The position numbers and the translations under genes were made by a program. Below are positions 35,412 through 46,857 of a stretch of DNA of 64,000 nt, in pieces. Under the pieces are notes generated by a model that saw nothing but the letters and a program-made list of their open reading frames with translations, searched no databases and was not told the DNA's origin. Source of the stretch: Stegostoma tigrinum (Eukaryota); the NCBI RefSeq assembly GCF_030684315.1, contig NC_081361.1:14683861-14747860 (forward strand). The letters run 5' to 3'. The first letter of the stretch is position 1. Each line of letters begins with the position of its first letter.

Positions 35412-37817
35412 GTAAATCCATGTTTAAAAAAAAAGACAGTTATTTCTCATTGCAACCCATAGTTTTTAAAAGACACAACAGAAAAAAGGGCATGGCCTTC
35501 AGAAGTCTATGGTAGAATATTTCACATTGTTATCACTCGACTAAGGAAGCTTCATTTGAATTCCCTACTCGATTTCTTGGCATCTCCTCATGTGGATGAC
35601 TTTTTTAGATAGTAATCCAATTCCACTTCAAAAGCCTCAATTGATTCTGCTTCCACCATGCTGTTAGGCAGCACATTCAATTTCCTCTTAACCAGCCGAG
35701 AGAAAAATATTTTCCTCATGTCACCATCGATTCCTCTGATTACCTGCTGATTGTGCCCTCTATACACGTTTTACAGGGTACCAAACAGCCTATACAATGT
35801 CCACGGGGAGGGGAACGCTGCAGTCATCCTCAGCATTACCAATGGAACAGATATCCAGTATCCTTTTATTTCCTATGCTTAGCTCAAGATGCTTTGCACA
35901 TGCTAGTTGTTGCCTAAGTTAGTGACTCTGAAAAGACTAATGTTGGAGATTGCATTAAGCTCATGACAATTTGATGTTATACTGGTTTTGGTGAATCTAA
36001 GGCAATACATCTTAGAATCTTGTGGGGTGCAGTCCTACATACACATCTTCCCTTTTACGTGTTAGTAGCACTTGTCACTTTGTTAATTTTACTTGGACCT
36101 TACTGCTTATAAACTATGTTTGGTTAAGGCCTGAGCTTTTTCTTGTTAAGAATCAACATTGATGGGTCCTTACCCACAATAAACCAAACATGTCTTTAGA
36201 CCAAAGTGAGGGAAAAAGAGGAATAGTGCACATCTATGTATCCACGAGTAGTGCATAGTGATCAGCAATGGGCATCATTTATTAATAAAAACCAAAATAA
36301 CTGCGGATGCTGTAAATCATTTATTAATACCTCAAAATACAAGAATGCAAATCCCTTGGACCCAGAGGAAGAAATTTCCAGAACACCAGGCATGTTTACA
36401 GCTTTAAAGACACTATCGTTTTAAAAACTGACCTATTAAGAGCAAACAGCTGCATGTATCTGAACAAAGAAGCAATCAGCGGGAAATTGCGGAAAGACCA
36501 ATAAGGGAGAAAGGCACTCCAGAGATGGTAAGGTGTGCAGATTAGAAAGAGCTTAAAGATTTGTCTCACCTGGCAGTGACAGTTTCTAGTATCGAGCTCC
36601 AAGGACTTTATGTTTCAATAGGTCACCCCACATTCTTCAAAATTCCAACAAATAAAGGCCCAACCTTGTCAACCTATCCTCAAGGCAGTTCCCCCATATC
36701 TCTGGGCTGCTTCCAATACCATACATCTTTCCCTTTATCAGGGGAACAAAAAAAAAACTTCCTTGTGCTCCAGTTTTGGTCTGATGAGTTCTTTATATCA
36801 ACTGAGCAATGGAACTGTTCTAAGACTCCATGCCCTTTGAAATAAAGGCTGACATTTCATTTGACAGCCCAGTCACCAGGTAAGGTCAAATACGAGCTTT
36901 TTGTGATTCATGCTCGAGGAACCCAGATTGCTGTGCTGCAGCTTTCTGCTTTCTCCACTTAAATAATATTCTGCTCCTCAATTCTTCTGGCCAAAGTGCA
37001 TAACGTCACATTTTCCCCACATTACATATCGGTCAAGTTTTTGCCCACTTTAATTAGCCTGTCTATATCCGTTTGCAGACTCTTTGTACCATTATTAATT
37101 TATCAAGTGGCGACAATCAAAACAAAAATAGGCAGGAAGGCAAGCATTTAATCCTACCGGAAAGTAGCTAAGTGTGCCTTTTAGCAAGCTTAATAGAGGG
37201 TTTCTATCCAAAAGCCCTAGCACGTTTTCTCACATTATCTTCCCAAAGACCCCTCGCCATCTAGGTGCCATACCCCGAAGGCACATCACTCATCTTAAGC
37301 GCCCACTCACCACAGCTCAGATTTTGAGTGTGACAGAATTTCTTGGGAATTCTGGCTTTGGCACCATCCTTAACCTCGAATTGCACACCCAGTCAGGGGC
37401 CGGCAGTCTGTCATTCCACTGCATGGCTCATTTTTATCTGCCCTGGCCACATTCTGCCTTTTCAATCCACTTTATCATGGTGAAGCGGAGCTCCTGGTGG
37501 ATGAGAGTTGCATGCATGTGTCCATGCATTGTGCCCCGAGTTGTTCTTGACCAATAGAGGTCTGGAGGAATCTAGAAGCGAGCTGGAGTTGTCAATTAAC
37601 AGCTACGACCTTCAGTTTGGGCGTCCTAGTCATCTAACTTCTATTCAGTTGGTGGGAGAATGGGAAACTGCATACCAGTGAGGTGAGCATGTAATAAAGA
37701 GCATGTTAATACACAACATAATCACAAGCAAGAATTTCATTTCATCGTTTAGTACTTTGATGGCAAGTACAATTTTGTTTTGCTCTTAGGGTTGAAAAAC
37801 ATATGATTTTGCCAGTG

Positions 37818-38007
37818 ATAATGGGAACTGCAGAATCCAAGATAACAAAAAGTGTGAAGCTGGATGAACATAACAGGCCAAGCAGCATCTCAGGAGCACA
37901 AAAGTTGACATTTTGTTGAAGAGTCTAGGCCCGAAACGTCAGCTTTTGTGCTCCTGAGATGCTGCTTGGCCTGCTGTGTTCATCCAGCTTCACACTTTGT
38001 TATCTTG
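37818..38007. mobile_element. Penelope-like fold-back mini-element
   Basis: Near-perfect inverted arms (ATCCAAGATAACAAA...GAGCACAAAAG / CTTTTGTGCTC...TTATCTTGGAT); central decayed hammerhead 37913-37940; exact 13-bp TSD GATTTTGCCAGTG at 37805-37817 and 38008-38020. Confidence 0.85.
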
Positions 38008-38089
38008 GATTTTGCCAGTGCCTACATCATTTAGTGCCTGGGTAGGAACCCTCCAAATTTAGCTCAGGGAAACCACTCAGAACAATTAG

Positions 38090-38860
38090 TCAAGGAATAA
38101 ACCATTGTTGTCCATTTGGTCAAGGGGTAACCAATAGAACATTTCAGTGGGCCTACAGCCTGTTATAGAACAGTGAGACCCAAAAGTTCAGGTATATAAT
38201 TCTTTGAAGTTTGAATCACACATAGACATGGTGGGTCAGAAGGCATTTAGCATGTTAGCTTTCATTGTTCAGACCTTCGAGCATAACCTTTGAGACATTA
38301 CGTTGAGGTTGTACTGGATGTTGTTGAGTCCTCTTCTGGAGTACTGTGTCCAGTTCTGGTCTCTCTCTCTCTCTCTCTCTCATAGGAAGGATGTTATTAA
38401 ACTAGGAGGGTTCAATAGAGATTTACCAGAATGCGGCTGGGAATGGAGGGTTTGTGCGATAAGAAGAGACTTTTTTTAACTGGAGAGTAGGAAGTTGAGA
38501 GGAAGAGATAAGGTGAATGGTGAGTGCCTTTTCCCTCTTCCCACCTTCCTGAGCATGTGTGCCAATGTTAATTCACAATTCAAATATCACATTGAGTTTG
38601 AATAGGAGAAGGTTTGGCGGGATATGGGACAAATACAGGGAGCTGCGACAAGTTTAGTTTGGGAACACGGTCAGTGTGGTCTGGTTGAACCCAAGAGATA
38701 ATAGGAACTGCAGAGAATCCGAGATAACCAGGTATAGAGCTGGATGAACACAGCAGACCAAGCAGCATCATAGGAGCAGGAAAACTGGCATTTTGGGCCT
38801 AGACCCTTCATCAGAAAAACTCTTAAGGATCTGTTTCCATGCTGTATGACTAATCATAAA
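38090..38860 (+). mobile_element. CR1 3' fragment containing a (CT)n run, a templated insertion and a Penelope fragment (38694-38815)
   Basis: CTGGAGTACTGTGTCCAGTTCTGG (LEYCVQFW); tail TGTTTCCATGCTGTATGACT. Confidence 0.7.
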
Positions 38861-40446
38861 GGGGAGAGAGACACGCACAGGGACAGAGAATCTATGACAT
38901 CTATGTTGGCATAAGACAATTGATTCACAGTGTCATCAGGATGGAAATAAGGCAAAAAAGGGGGAGTGAAAATGTTTTCAATTCCTATCACCACAGAAGA
39001 ATTTACAGATGACAAATCAGTACGATTTATGAGCAAAAAACAATACAGACGAGAATGAGCAGAACAGTTCACAAACAGTGAGGAATGGCTAACTCAAGTC
39101 ATTCAGCAAAATCATCTGAAGAAAAAATATTTGTAGCAGATTTGAACTTGGCATCAAATGGTGAGATGGCATGTTCATGAGGAACATCCAATTCTGTGTT
39201 GAAAGGCAGAATTATCAGTGATAGAAAATTCTAGGTACACAGCAATCTTTCAGTACCATCACTGAGGCTGTCAAGTGTCTGGTGTACCAGTGCAACAACA
39301 ACAAAGGGCTATCTGAATACGTAACCCACAAATGCATCAATAACAGAAGAAAAATCATGATAGGATCGATCCAGAACAGATGCCTGTTATGTAATCACAG
39401 ATATTGGTGGTAAAATGCCAAAAAAAAATAAGTTGTTTAATACAATATTTACGACAGACACTTACATGGTCAGCACATTAAGACATCAAAAAGTTACTAA
39501 AAACTTTGAAAATCTGTTAAAATAACACTTTAAACTAGGGTGCAATACAAGTAGCTTTTATGTACAAAGCTTCACAGATAGTTCTGCTTCTCGCATTTGT
39601 TTGTTCTGCTCGGAGTGTAGTTATTTTTTGTCAACCAGTTGAGAGATATCATAACATGTGCCTGGATCAGGTGGGTTTTCAGCCTTGATCTTTTGACCCA
39701 GAGATGGGAACACTACCACTGTGTGACAAGCCCCTCTGTATTAATTGTATCCTGGTGTAGTGGGCATGGAAGTCCTGTAGGTTGTCATGGACGGTTTGAG
39801 GGGTCATCGCAGGGGCTAGACGGACAAGCATAGCTGGGTAAGGAGTCTATAGTGGGCTATGAGGTAAGTAAATTGTCATCACCTGGTATGCAAGAAATGG
39901 GGATCTATGGGCTATGTGTGGAAAGGGTTAACATGGCATGGAGAGGTCTTGTATTTTAATACAAATTAATACAAAGTCTGTTTTGTCATTCAGCACAATC
40001 ATGGAAAATCTTGCTGTAATCTGACACACGCATTCCCACTTACCCTGGACAACAATCCACTATAAAAATGAAAAAGAAAGAAAGTCCGTTGAAATAAAAG
40101 TGTAAGTTATTTTATGTAGGATAGTATTCAGGGCAAATAATGTGACTTTAGAAAAAAATAGTTGATTTAATCCACTGTGTTAAGCTTACCTTCAGAGCAG
40201 ACCAAACAGAGGAGAAAGGATTAAAACAAACGATAATGTCCTGGAGGGATGGTAGAATCACACAGGATAATGAAACAATAACACTCCCCTGCGAATAATG
40301 CTAGACGAAGAGAAAACAGCTCCTTTCCCATGGGCTCCCAGATATGCCACCATAGTATGTTAAGCCAGTTCACTTGGCCAATAGCCAAAATAAAGATACT
40401 CCAAAAAGTTACCTGCCACTTAAAAACAAGATTAATGACAGTTAGC

Positions 40447-40592
40447 AATAATGGGAATTGTAGGTGCTGGAGAATCCAAGATAACAAAGTGTGAAGCTGG
40501 ATGAACACAGCCAGCCAAGCAGCATCTCAGGAGCTTTTGCACTCCTGAGATGCTGCTTGGCCTGTGTTCATCCAGCTTCACACTTTGTTATT
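40447..40592. mobile_element. Penelope-like fold-back mini-element (core deleted)
   Basis: ATAACAAAGTGTGAAGCTGGATGAACAC...CATCTCAGGAG / CTCCTGAGATG...GTTCATCCAGCTTCACACTTTGTTAT; TSD GACAGTTAGC at 40437-40446 and 40598-40607. Confidence 0.8.
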
Positions 40593-41578
40593 TTAAAGAC
40601 AGTTAGCCATCTGTTTACCTCCTCTTCCCACCTTCCTGAGCATGTGTCCCAATGTTAATTCACAATTCAAATATCACATTGAGTTTGATGATGGAATCAC
40701 AAGTATTATGGGTGTTTGCTATATTCGAACAACATAACACTCATAAAAGGTAGTATAAATATTAATATTTTTGAACTGCTCATTTTCCTTTCAGGAGGGG
40801 TGTATTCCCCTCACATATGTATGAAGGAACACAGTGAATCTTCCAAATGTTCTACCTGGCTTTTATGAGTTCAGGTAAAACAAGAGAAAAATCTTCCCCT
40901 TCACATGCCTTACCTAGCAAGGATCTACCTACCATTTTTTGAAAATGTTTCAGGCACTGTGATTCAATCACTATTTCAGGAAAAAAACATTCCAAAGACT
41001 CTTGATCCTCAATTTCTTCTTTCCTTCTTTTTTTGAGCTCTTATTTATCAACAGTGATCCCAAATTCTGGATTGTCCAACAACTGGACTGTCAAAATCCC
41101 TTAAAATCTTGCATGTTTCAATACAAAGTTAGTGTCTAACCTTTCCTCATAAGACAATTCCAATAAACCTGAAGGGTCTCCAGTGTGTTTATATCCTGCT
41201 TTAAATATGGTAAACACCTGCTGTGCAACATCCTTCCAATGTATAGCCCTGTAAAACTGAAGCATAAACCTCCCTAATTTTGGATTAAATTTGCCTTATG
41301 ATAAATGACAACATTCTGTTACCTTACTAACTTCTTGTTGTACTTGCATGCTAACCTGTTGCGTTTCATGCATGAGGAAACTCAAATTCCTTTGCATTTC
41401 AGATCTCATCAATCCCTCTTCGTAGCACTTAGTTGTGTGTTAGATAACCACACAAGGAAGAGAGAAATTTAAGGCAAATTAAATGGTATTTGATGTTACG
41501 AGGTGAAAAAGGAGGCTCCAAGGCCTCCTTAATAATCCTGGAACGTATTAGCAATTAAAAGCACAGAACTGGGTGATA

Positions 41579-41795
41579 CAATGTGGAGTTGAGAAACACG
41601 GCAGGTCAGGCAGTGTCAGAATAGGAGGAGGAGAAGAGTCGCTATTTCGGGCCTTGGCCCCAATCAGGGCTAATGAACAGTCCAGGCCCGAAGTGTTAAT
41701 TCTCCTCCTCCTCCAATGCTGCCTGACCTGCTGCGCTCCTCCAATCTACATTGTATCAACTCTGACTCCAGCATCTGCAGTTCTTGCTGTCTCAA
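41579..41795. mobile_element. Penelope-like fold-back mini-element, older subfamily
   Basis: Inverted arms GGCAGGTCAGGCAG...AGGAGGAGAAG / CTCCTCCTCC...GCTGCCTGACCTGC; TSD AACTGGGTGATA at 41567-41578 and 41796-41807. Confidence 0.7.
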
Positions 41796-43569
41796 AACTG
41801 GGTGATAGCAGAGCACAGTACAATGTTGGAAAATCAACATAACACTAGTATCTAATTAAGACCAGAATATATTTCACATACACGTATTTTACTTCAGTAA
41901 TTTCAGTTTTGCTACAAAGCGCAGCAAGGTAATTTCAACGCTAATGCAAACTTCTTTGCCCATGTACTAGACATAGAGTGTTCAAAGCTCAGTAGAACAC
42001 TGATGATAGTCTTTTTTTCTCTTATCATTATGTCATCAGTACTTAATCATAAAGTGCTTTCGCATGAACAAGACAGAAATTCCACTCTTTCTACAGAATC
42101 TAATCACTATTTTATGTATTGGGGGATCCACAAGGAATAATAATGCACTCACGTTTATCATTTGCTTTGTGGTTAATGATTAAAGAGTTATGCTTGCTGA
42201 TACTCATGCCTAAGTGAGGCTTACAACTTGAATTATGTGGCATTCTATGGTGAGAGTAGGCTCAATGTGGGAGAGTGACAGTCATGGCGTTTGAAGTCTT
42301 CATTGTATCAAGCAAGTTTTATTCTCAAATTATCATTGGAAGTAGAGCTTAATATCTGTCTGAGGGTGCCTTGCAGCCTAGTTCTTCCTCCACTATATCA
42401 ATCAACAGATCTCAGCTCCAGTATCTCTGTTTTTCATTGTTTAAATCAACACCCTCCCTGGTTCTGGCATAACATCAGAGCCAAGACAGAATTGATAGAA
42501 AGAGAGATGGAGATGGCTGAAGATGTACTTAAGAATTTCATTATTGGCAAAATATTTGTGAGTTGCCTAACAAAAAATGAAAAAAGTGGCAAATAAGAGC
42601 TACAAAAATAAAGGACACATGGATATCATAACCAATTCAGAAGTATCGACAAGTAGGGAAGGGAAAAAACATTAATCCAATGCAATAAAAACTGATAATG
42701 ATATTATCAATTAAAATAAAGAAATGGTGAATAATGCTGGTAATGCTAATAATGGTGAATATACTGAATAATTATATTGTGGCAATGTTAGGAAAATTCA
42801 GATATTCCATGGAAACTGTAAAATTGGAGACAAACAATTGGATTGACAGTGTCATGGACCTCACATACCTACGTGAATTAGTGGGGAGATTACTCAGGGG
42901 AAGGATGGCCACTCTAGGTCACTTAATGGTCAACTGGCTACTGGTGGACTCGAGGTGGGACTTCATCCTCAGAAACAGGACGTCCCACCTCTGGGAGACA
43001 CTGTTTAATCAGATGGTTCGCAGCTCTGTGCCCCAGTTTAACGGGCAAGAGCAGTGAGCAGAGCTGGGAATGTAAACAGTGCTTAACAGAGACTGTCACT
43101 GAAGCTAGCTGTCCAGGTACATTTGGGGACAAGGTCATTTTGCCAGGGTCTTGTCAATAGGATCCAGTGAGGGCTGGGGTGGGGTAGGAAACCAGCAGCC
43201 AAGGTTAGAGGGAAGACAGAAGGAGTAAGGGTGCTCTTGAGATAGGTGTACCCGCAAAACTCAAAACAGAGCTCAGCCCCTCACCCTGCAAAAAGCCATG
43301 CAGCTGAAGCTTCTGGATATCCCACGTGGCATGGGTCTCCCACCATTTTGGACAAAATAGCAGCAGAAGTGAAATGAGACCATTAAGTAGTCACATTGGC
43401 CAGACGAGAGCCTCAACGGGCCAAAGCCTGGGTGGGCACCGTCCTGCCTTCAGCATCCCCATAACATTTCACAGTGGTCCATAGGCAGGCAGGTAAATCA
43501 AGTCCTGGATTTTACAAGCTCTCCACATTCCAACCACTGGCCAAGGAGCACTTGTAAACACACAAACAA

Positions 43570-44370
43570 ACCTCTGAATCAGGAAAGTACTCTGGCCACT
43601 CAGCCCTCCTCCATCATTCAGTAAGATTGCAGCAGGTCAGATTACTCCATACACCCTCTTGCTTATCAATAAGCTCTCTACTTCTGTCTGAAAATTATTG
43701 AAAGACTGCTTTCACTGCCCTCAAGAGTTCCAAAGGCTCACAGCCATCTTTGGGAAAACAGATTTCCTCATCTGTCTCAAATGGGTAACCCCATATTTTT
43801 AAACAGTGAGCCCTCGCTCTAGATTCCCTCAGAAGAGGAAACATCTTTTCCATTTTCATCCTTTCAAGACCCCTCAGCGTTTTATATCTTGCAACCAACT
43901 AATCTCTTACTCTCCTAAACTCCAGTCATTATGAGCCAAGTGTGTCCAAACTTCCCCATTTGACAGTCTGTGTCTTCGGGTATTAGTCAGATAAATATTC
44001 TCTGAATTGCTTTCAATGCATATACATCCTTAAATATGGAGCTAATATTGTACGCAGCAATCTCTGGATGTGATCTCATCAGTGACTCATATTACACAAA
44101 AATAACCTCTCTAACTTCGTAGTTAATTCCCTTCACAAGAAACGATTATGTAGCAGTTTTCCTAATTAATTGCTGTGTATGCATACTAATCTTGTGGCTT
44201 CGTGCACTAGGACCCCCAGGTCCCTCTGCATGTTGCAGGTCTGCGATCTAATATTTAGACAATAGTAATGTTTTAATATACTCCATTTACCACATTTTAC
44301 ACACTCAGTGAACCCTTAAGATACTTGTAATAAATCTGTTTAGATGTCTTACAGCTCATGTCCTCCTGGT
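43570..44370 (-). mobile_element. CR1 3' fragment
   Basis: ORF 43695..43898 (YKTLRGLERM...MFPL...SRARAHCLKI) matches the CR1 ORF2 C-terminus. Confidence 0.7.
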
Positions 44371-45998
44371 CCAGAGCTATTGGATGACGAAAGCACCCAC
44401 AATGTACTACAGCAAATATTTTGAATCCACCTGTTCGGATGCATCGCTGGTGCAGCGAGGACTTGAACCTGGGGCCTCATTGTCCAGGGGCAACACCACA
44501 ACCACTGTACCATAAGAGCTCTAAGGTGAACTTAAGTGCTCAGAAGATCTGAATACACATTTTAAAACCGACCTGTCTGTAGGTCCAATTCTGAGCATTT
44601 TACAGGACAGGAGGATGAAAATAAGAGCAAATTGACATCAACTAGATGCTACTTGTGTTGAGTCAATAATCTCAGAAATACAAAATGTATCCCTTAACTA
44701 TGTCTAAAATGCCTTGACACATTACTCATCAATAGTATCGAACGGCAGCATTAGTGGTCCATAATCAAGCTTCAGTTCAGCTTTGCTCTCACAGCATAGA
44801 GGGAAGTTTTTTTACAACGTTGCATCTAATAGTCCAGACCAAACCGAGAGCACTCACCTGACAGGCCTTCCAATGGCTGGCAGCCAATAGCCCACGGCCC
44901 CAAACACGCAACTTTCTGCTTTTGCAGTCAAGTTCTCAACCAGTTTGGCTGTGAGACAATGCTTGACGTGCTTTCAATTGCAAAAAAAACAGCTTCAAAT
45001 TGATGTTATTACTTTACAACAAACCCACTGAAGTTGAAAATTTTGGCAGGGTCTGTCCTGCCACATCTCCCTGGACTAATTCTCTGTTGCTAAGCCCATT
45101 AGTTTCGACAGAAAACACTTCCAAACTCTTTTCGCAAACTCAGGGAATTTGCTGCGCAGCATCAGTCAGACTCACTGCAAACATCATCTTTCACAAATAA
45201 CGAGGTGAAATTGGGTGGGTCTCTCTGGTATTGGAGTGAAAGAAAATGAATATCACTTCCCAGCTGCAGAACATATTTCCTCAGGTTGAGTTGCTAAATT
45301 AGTCATGCTGGTAACATTAACAATTCAGTAAGTCTGCCCATTTTTAAAATTCCAGTTGTGCATGTTTGCTTGCTCTGATTTGTAGTGCTGATTGGGTCAG
45401 CATCTGTTCCCCACCTGTTTGTGATTACTTAACGATGTGTCTGTACTCTACCTTGTGGGGAGGAGCCGTGGCTGATTGGGTTAAAGTGAACAAGCAATCC
45501 TGAGTTTGAATTTCACTGATGCTTTTACCTATTTTAAAAAAAAACAAATCCAGATTTTACCTTTGCCTATGAACAGCAGGATTCCGTTTCATCTTTATTT
45601 ACCTGTGAAGAGCAGGGCTTTAAAAGTACCTTCGCTATACTGTACTACAGACAGAGGCCTAATAAAGCAGATCTCCAATCCTCTCGCAGATTACATATAG
45701 CATGTTCTGAATCCTTCAGGATTCTAAAGGCTTAGTGGGACTACTGATATCAGTTGAAATATTTGATTTTTTTGTCGGCACTTGGGATAGCTGTAAACAC
45801 CTCTAAGCTTGATACTTTTGTATCTTTTGTTATCCACGAACTGAAATTAATATCAATACTGAATGACCTGCTACACGACTCTCCCCATCTGATATCAATA
45901 ACTTAGATTAATATCAATATGACAGATTGGTAAGGTGTCCACACAATGCCTTCGGCAGAAGATGGCTCAATCTTGGTAAACTGGACAGAATTATTATA

Positions 45999-46160
45999 GA
46001 TAACAAGGTGTAGAGCTGGATGAGCTCAGCAGGTCAAGCAGCATCAGAGGAGCAGGAAAGCTGATGTTTCGGGCCTACACCTTTCTTCAGAAAATTTTCC
46101 AAAGAAGGGTCTAGGCCCGAAACATCAGATTCTCCAGCATCTGCAGTTCCTACTATCTCT
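45999..46160. mobile_element. Penelope-like mini-element with back-to-back hammerhead cores
   Basis: Cores at 46063-46090 (-) and 46099-46126 (+); TSD CAGAATTATKATA at 45986-45998 and 46165-46177. Confidence 0.8.
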
Positions 46161-46857
46161 GAGGCAGAATTATGATATAACACTTAACCAGATATGTGTA
46201 CATATATTATATATATCTGAGGTACATGTTATGTACCTTATGTACATGCAGGAGTAGCTACGTGCTCTTAGCAGTAGCAACACTGGAACACTAATTAGCT
46301 TTTCCCAGGAGCAGGGCTGAGGGGCTGAATTTATCGTCTGACGTCAGTTGCTTTCAGGTGCTTACTGCCGTCTGCAACAACCAACATTTTCAATGGTGAA
46401 AAGATTACTGCCTCAAGCATATTAATGTTCTGTTAACAATTCTTTTCCAAAATACTTTGGTTGTGATGAAAGTGGGTTAGAATATTCTCATCTAGCTTTC
46501 GGATCATGAACTTCGCTGCCCGAGTCCATAACCTTGCGTTTGTCCTGCCATTTAAGTTTGACAAATTATTTCCTTGGCTTCTTTTACTTTGCTTCCATTT
46601 ATCCTCCATATTAGTTTCCCTTACTATCTGGCCAGTGCATAGAATATCTTCCCTCACTTCCAATCTTCAGTTTTTCATTTTAAAAACTTTGATTAATTTT
46701 ATACATGTTGGGGTATTGCAGCAGGAGTAGCTTGTTCAGCCTGATGAGCCTGTTCTACCACTGAATTTGACCATGGTGTGTTCTCTATTCTCTCCTCCCT
46801 CCAAATGTTAACGCATTTATTTCTCTACTGCTGCCAAACTCTGTGAACCCTCTCTCA

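Noticed and set aside
46188-46250. Short AT-rich palindromes (CAGATAT...ATATCTG; AGGTACAT...ATGTACCT)
   Set aside because: Explained by low-complexity TA/TACA sequence; no further structure.
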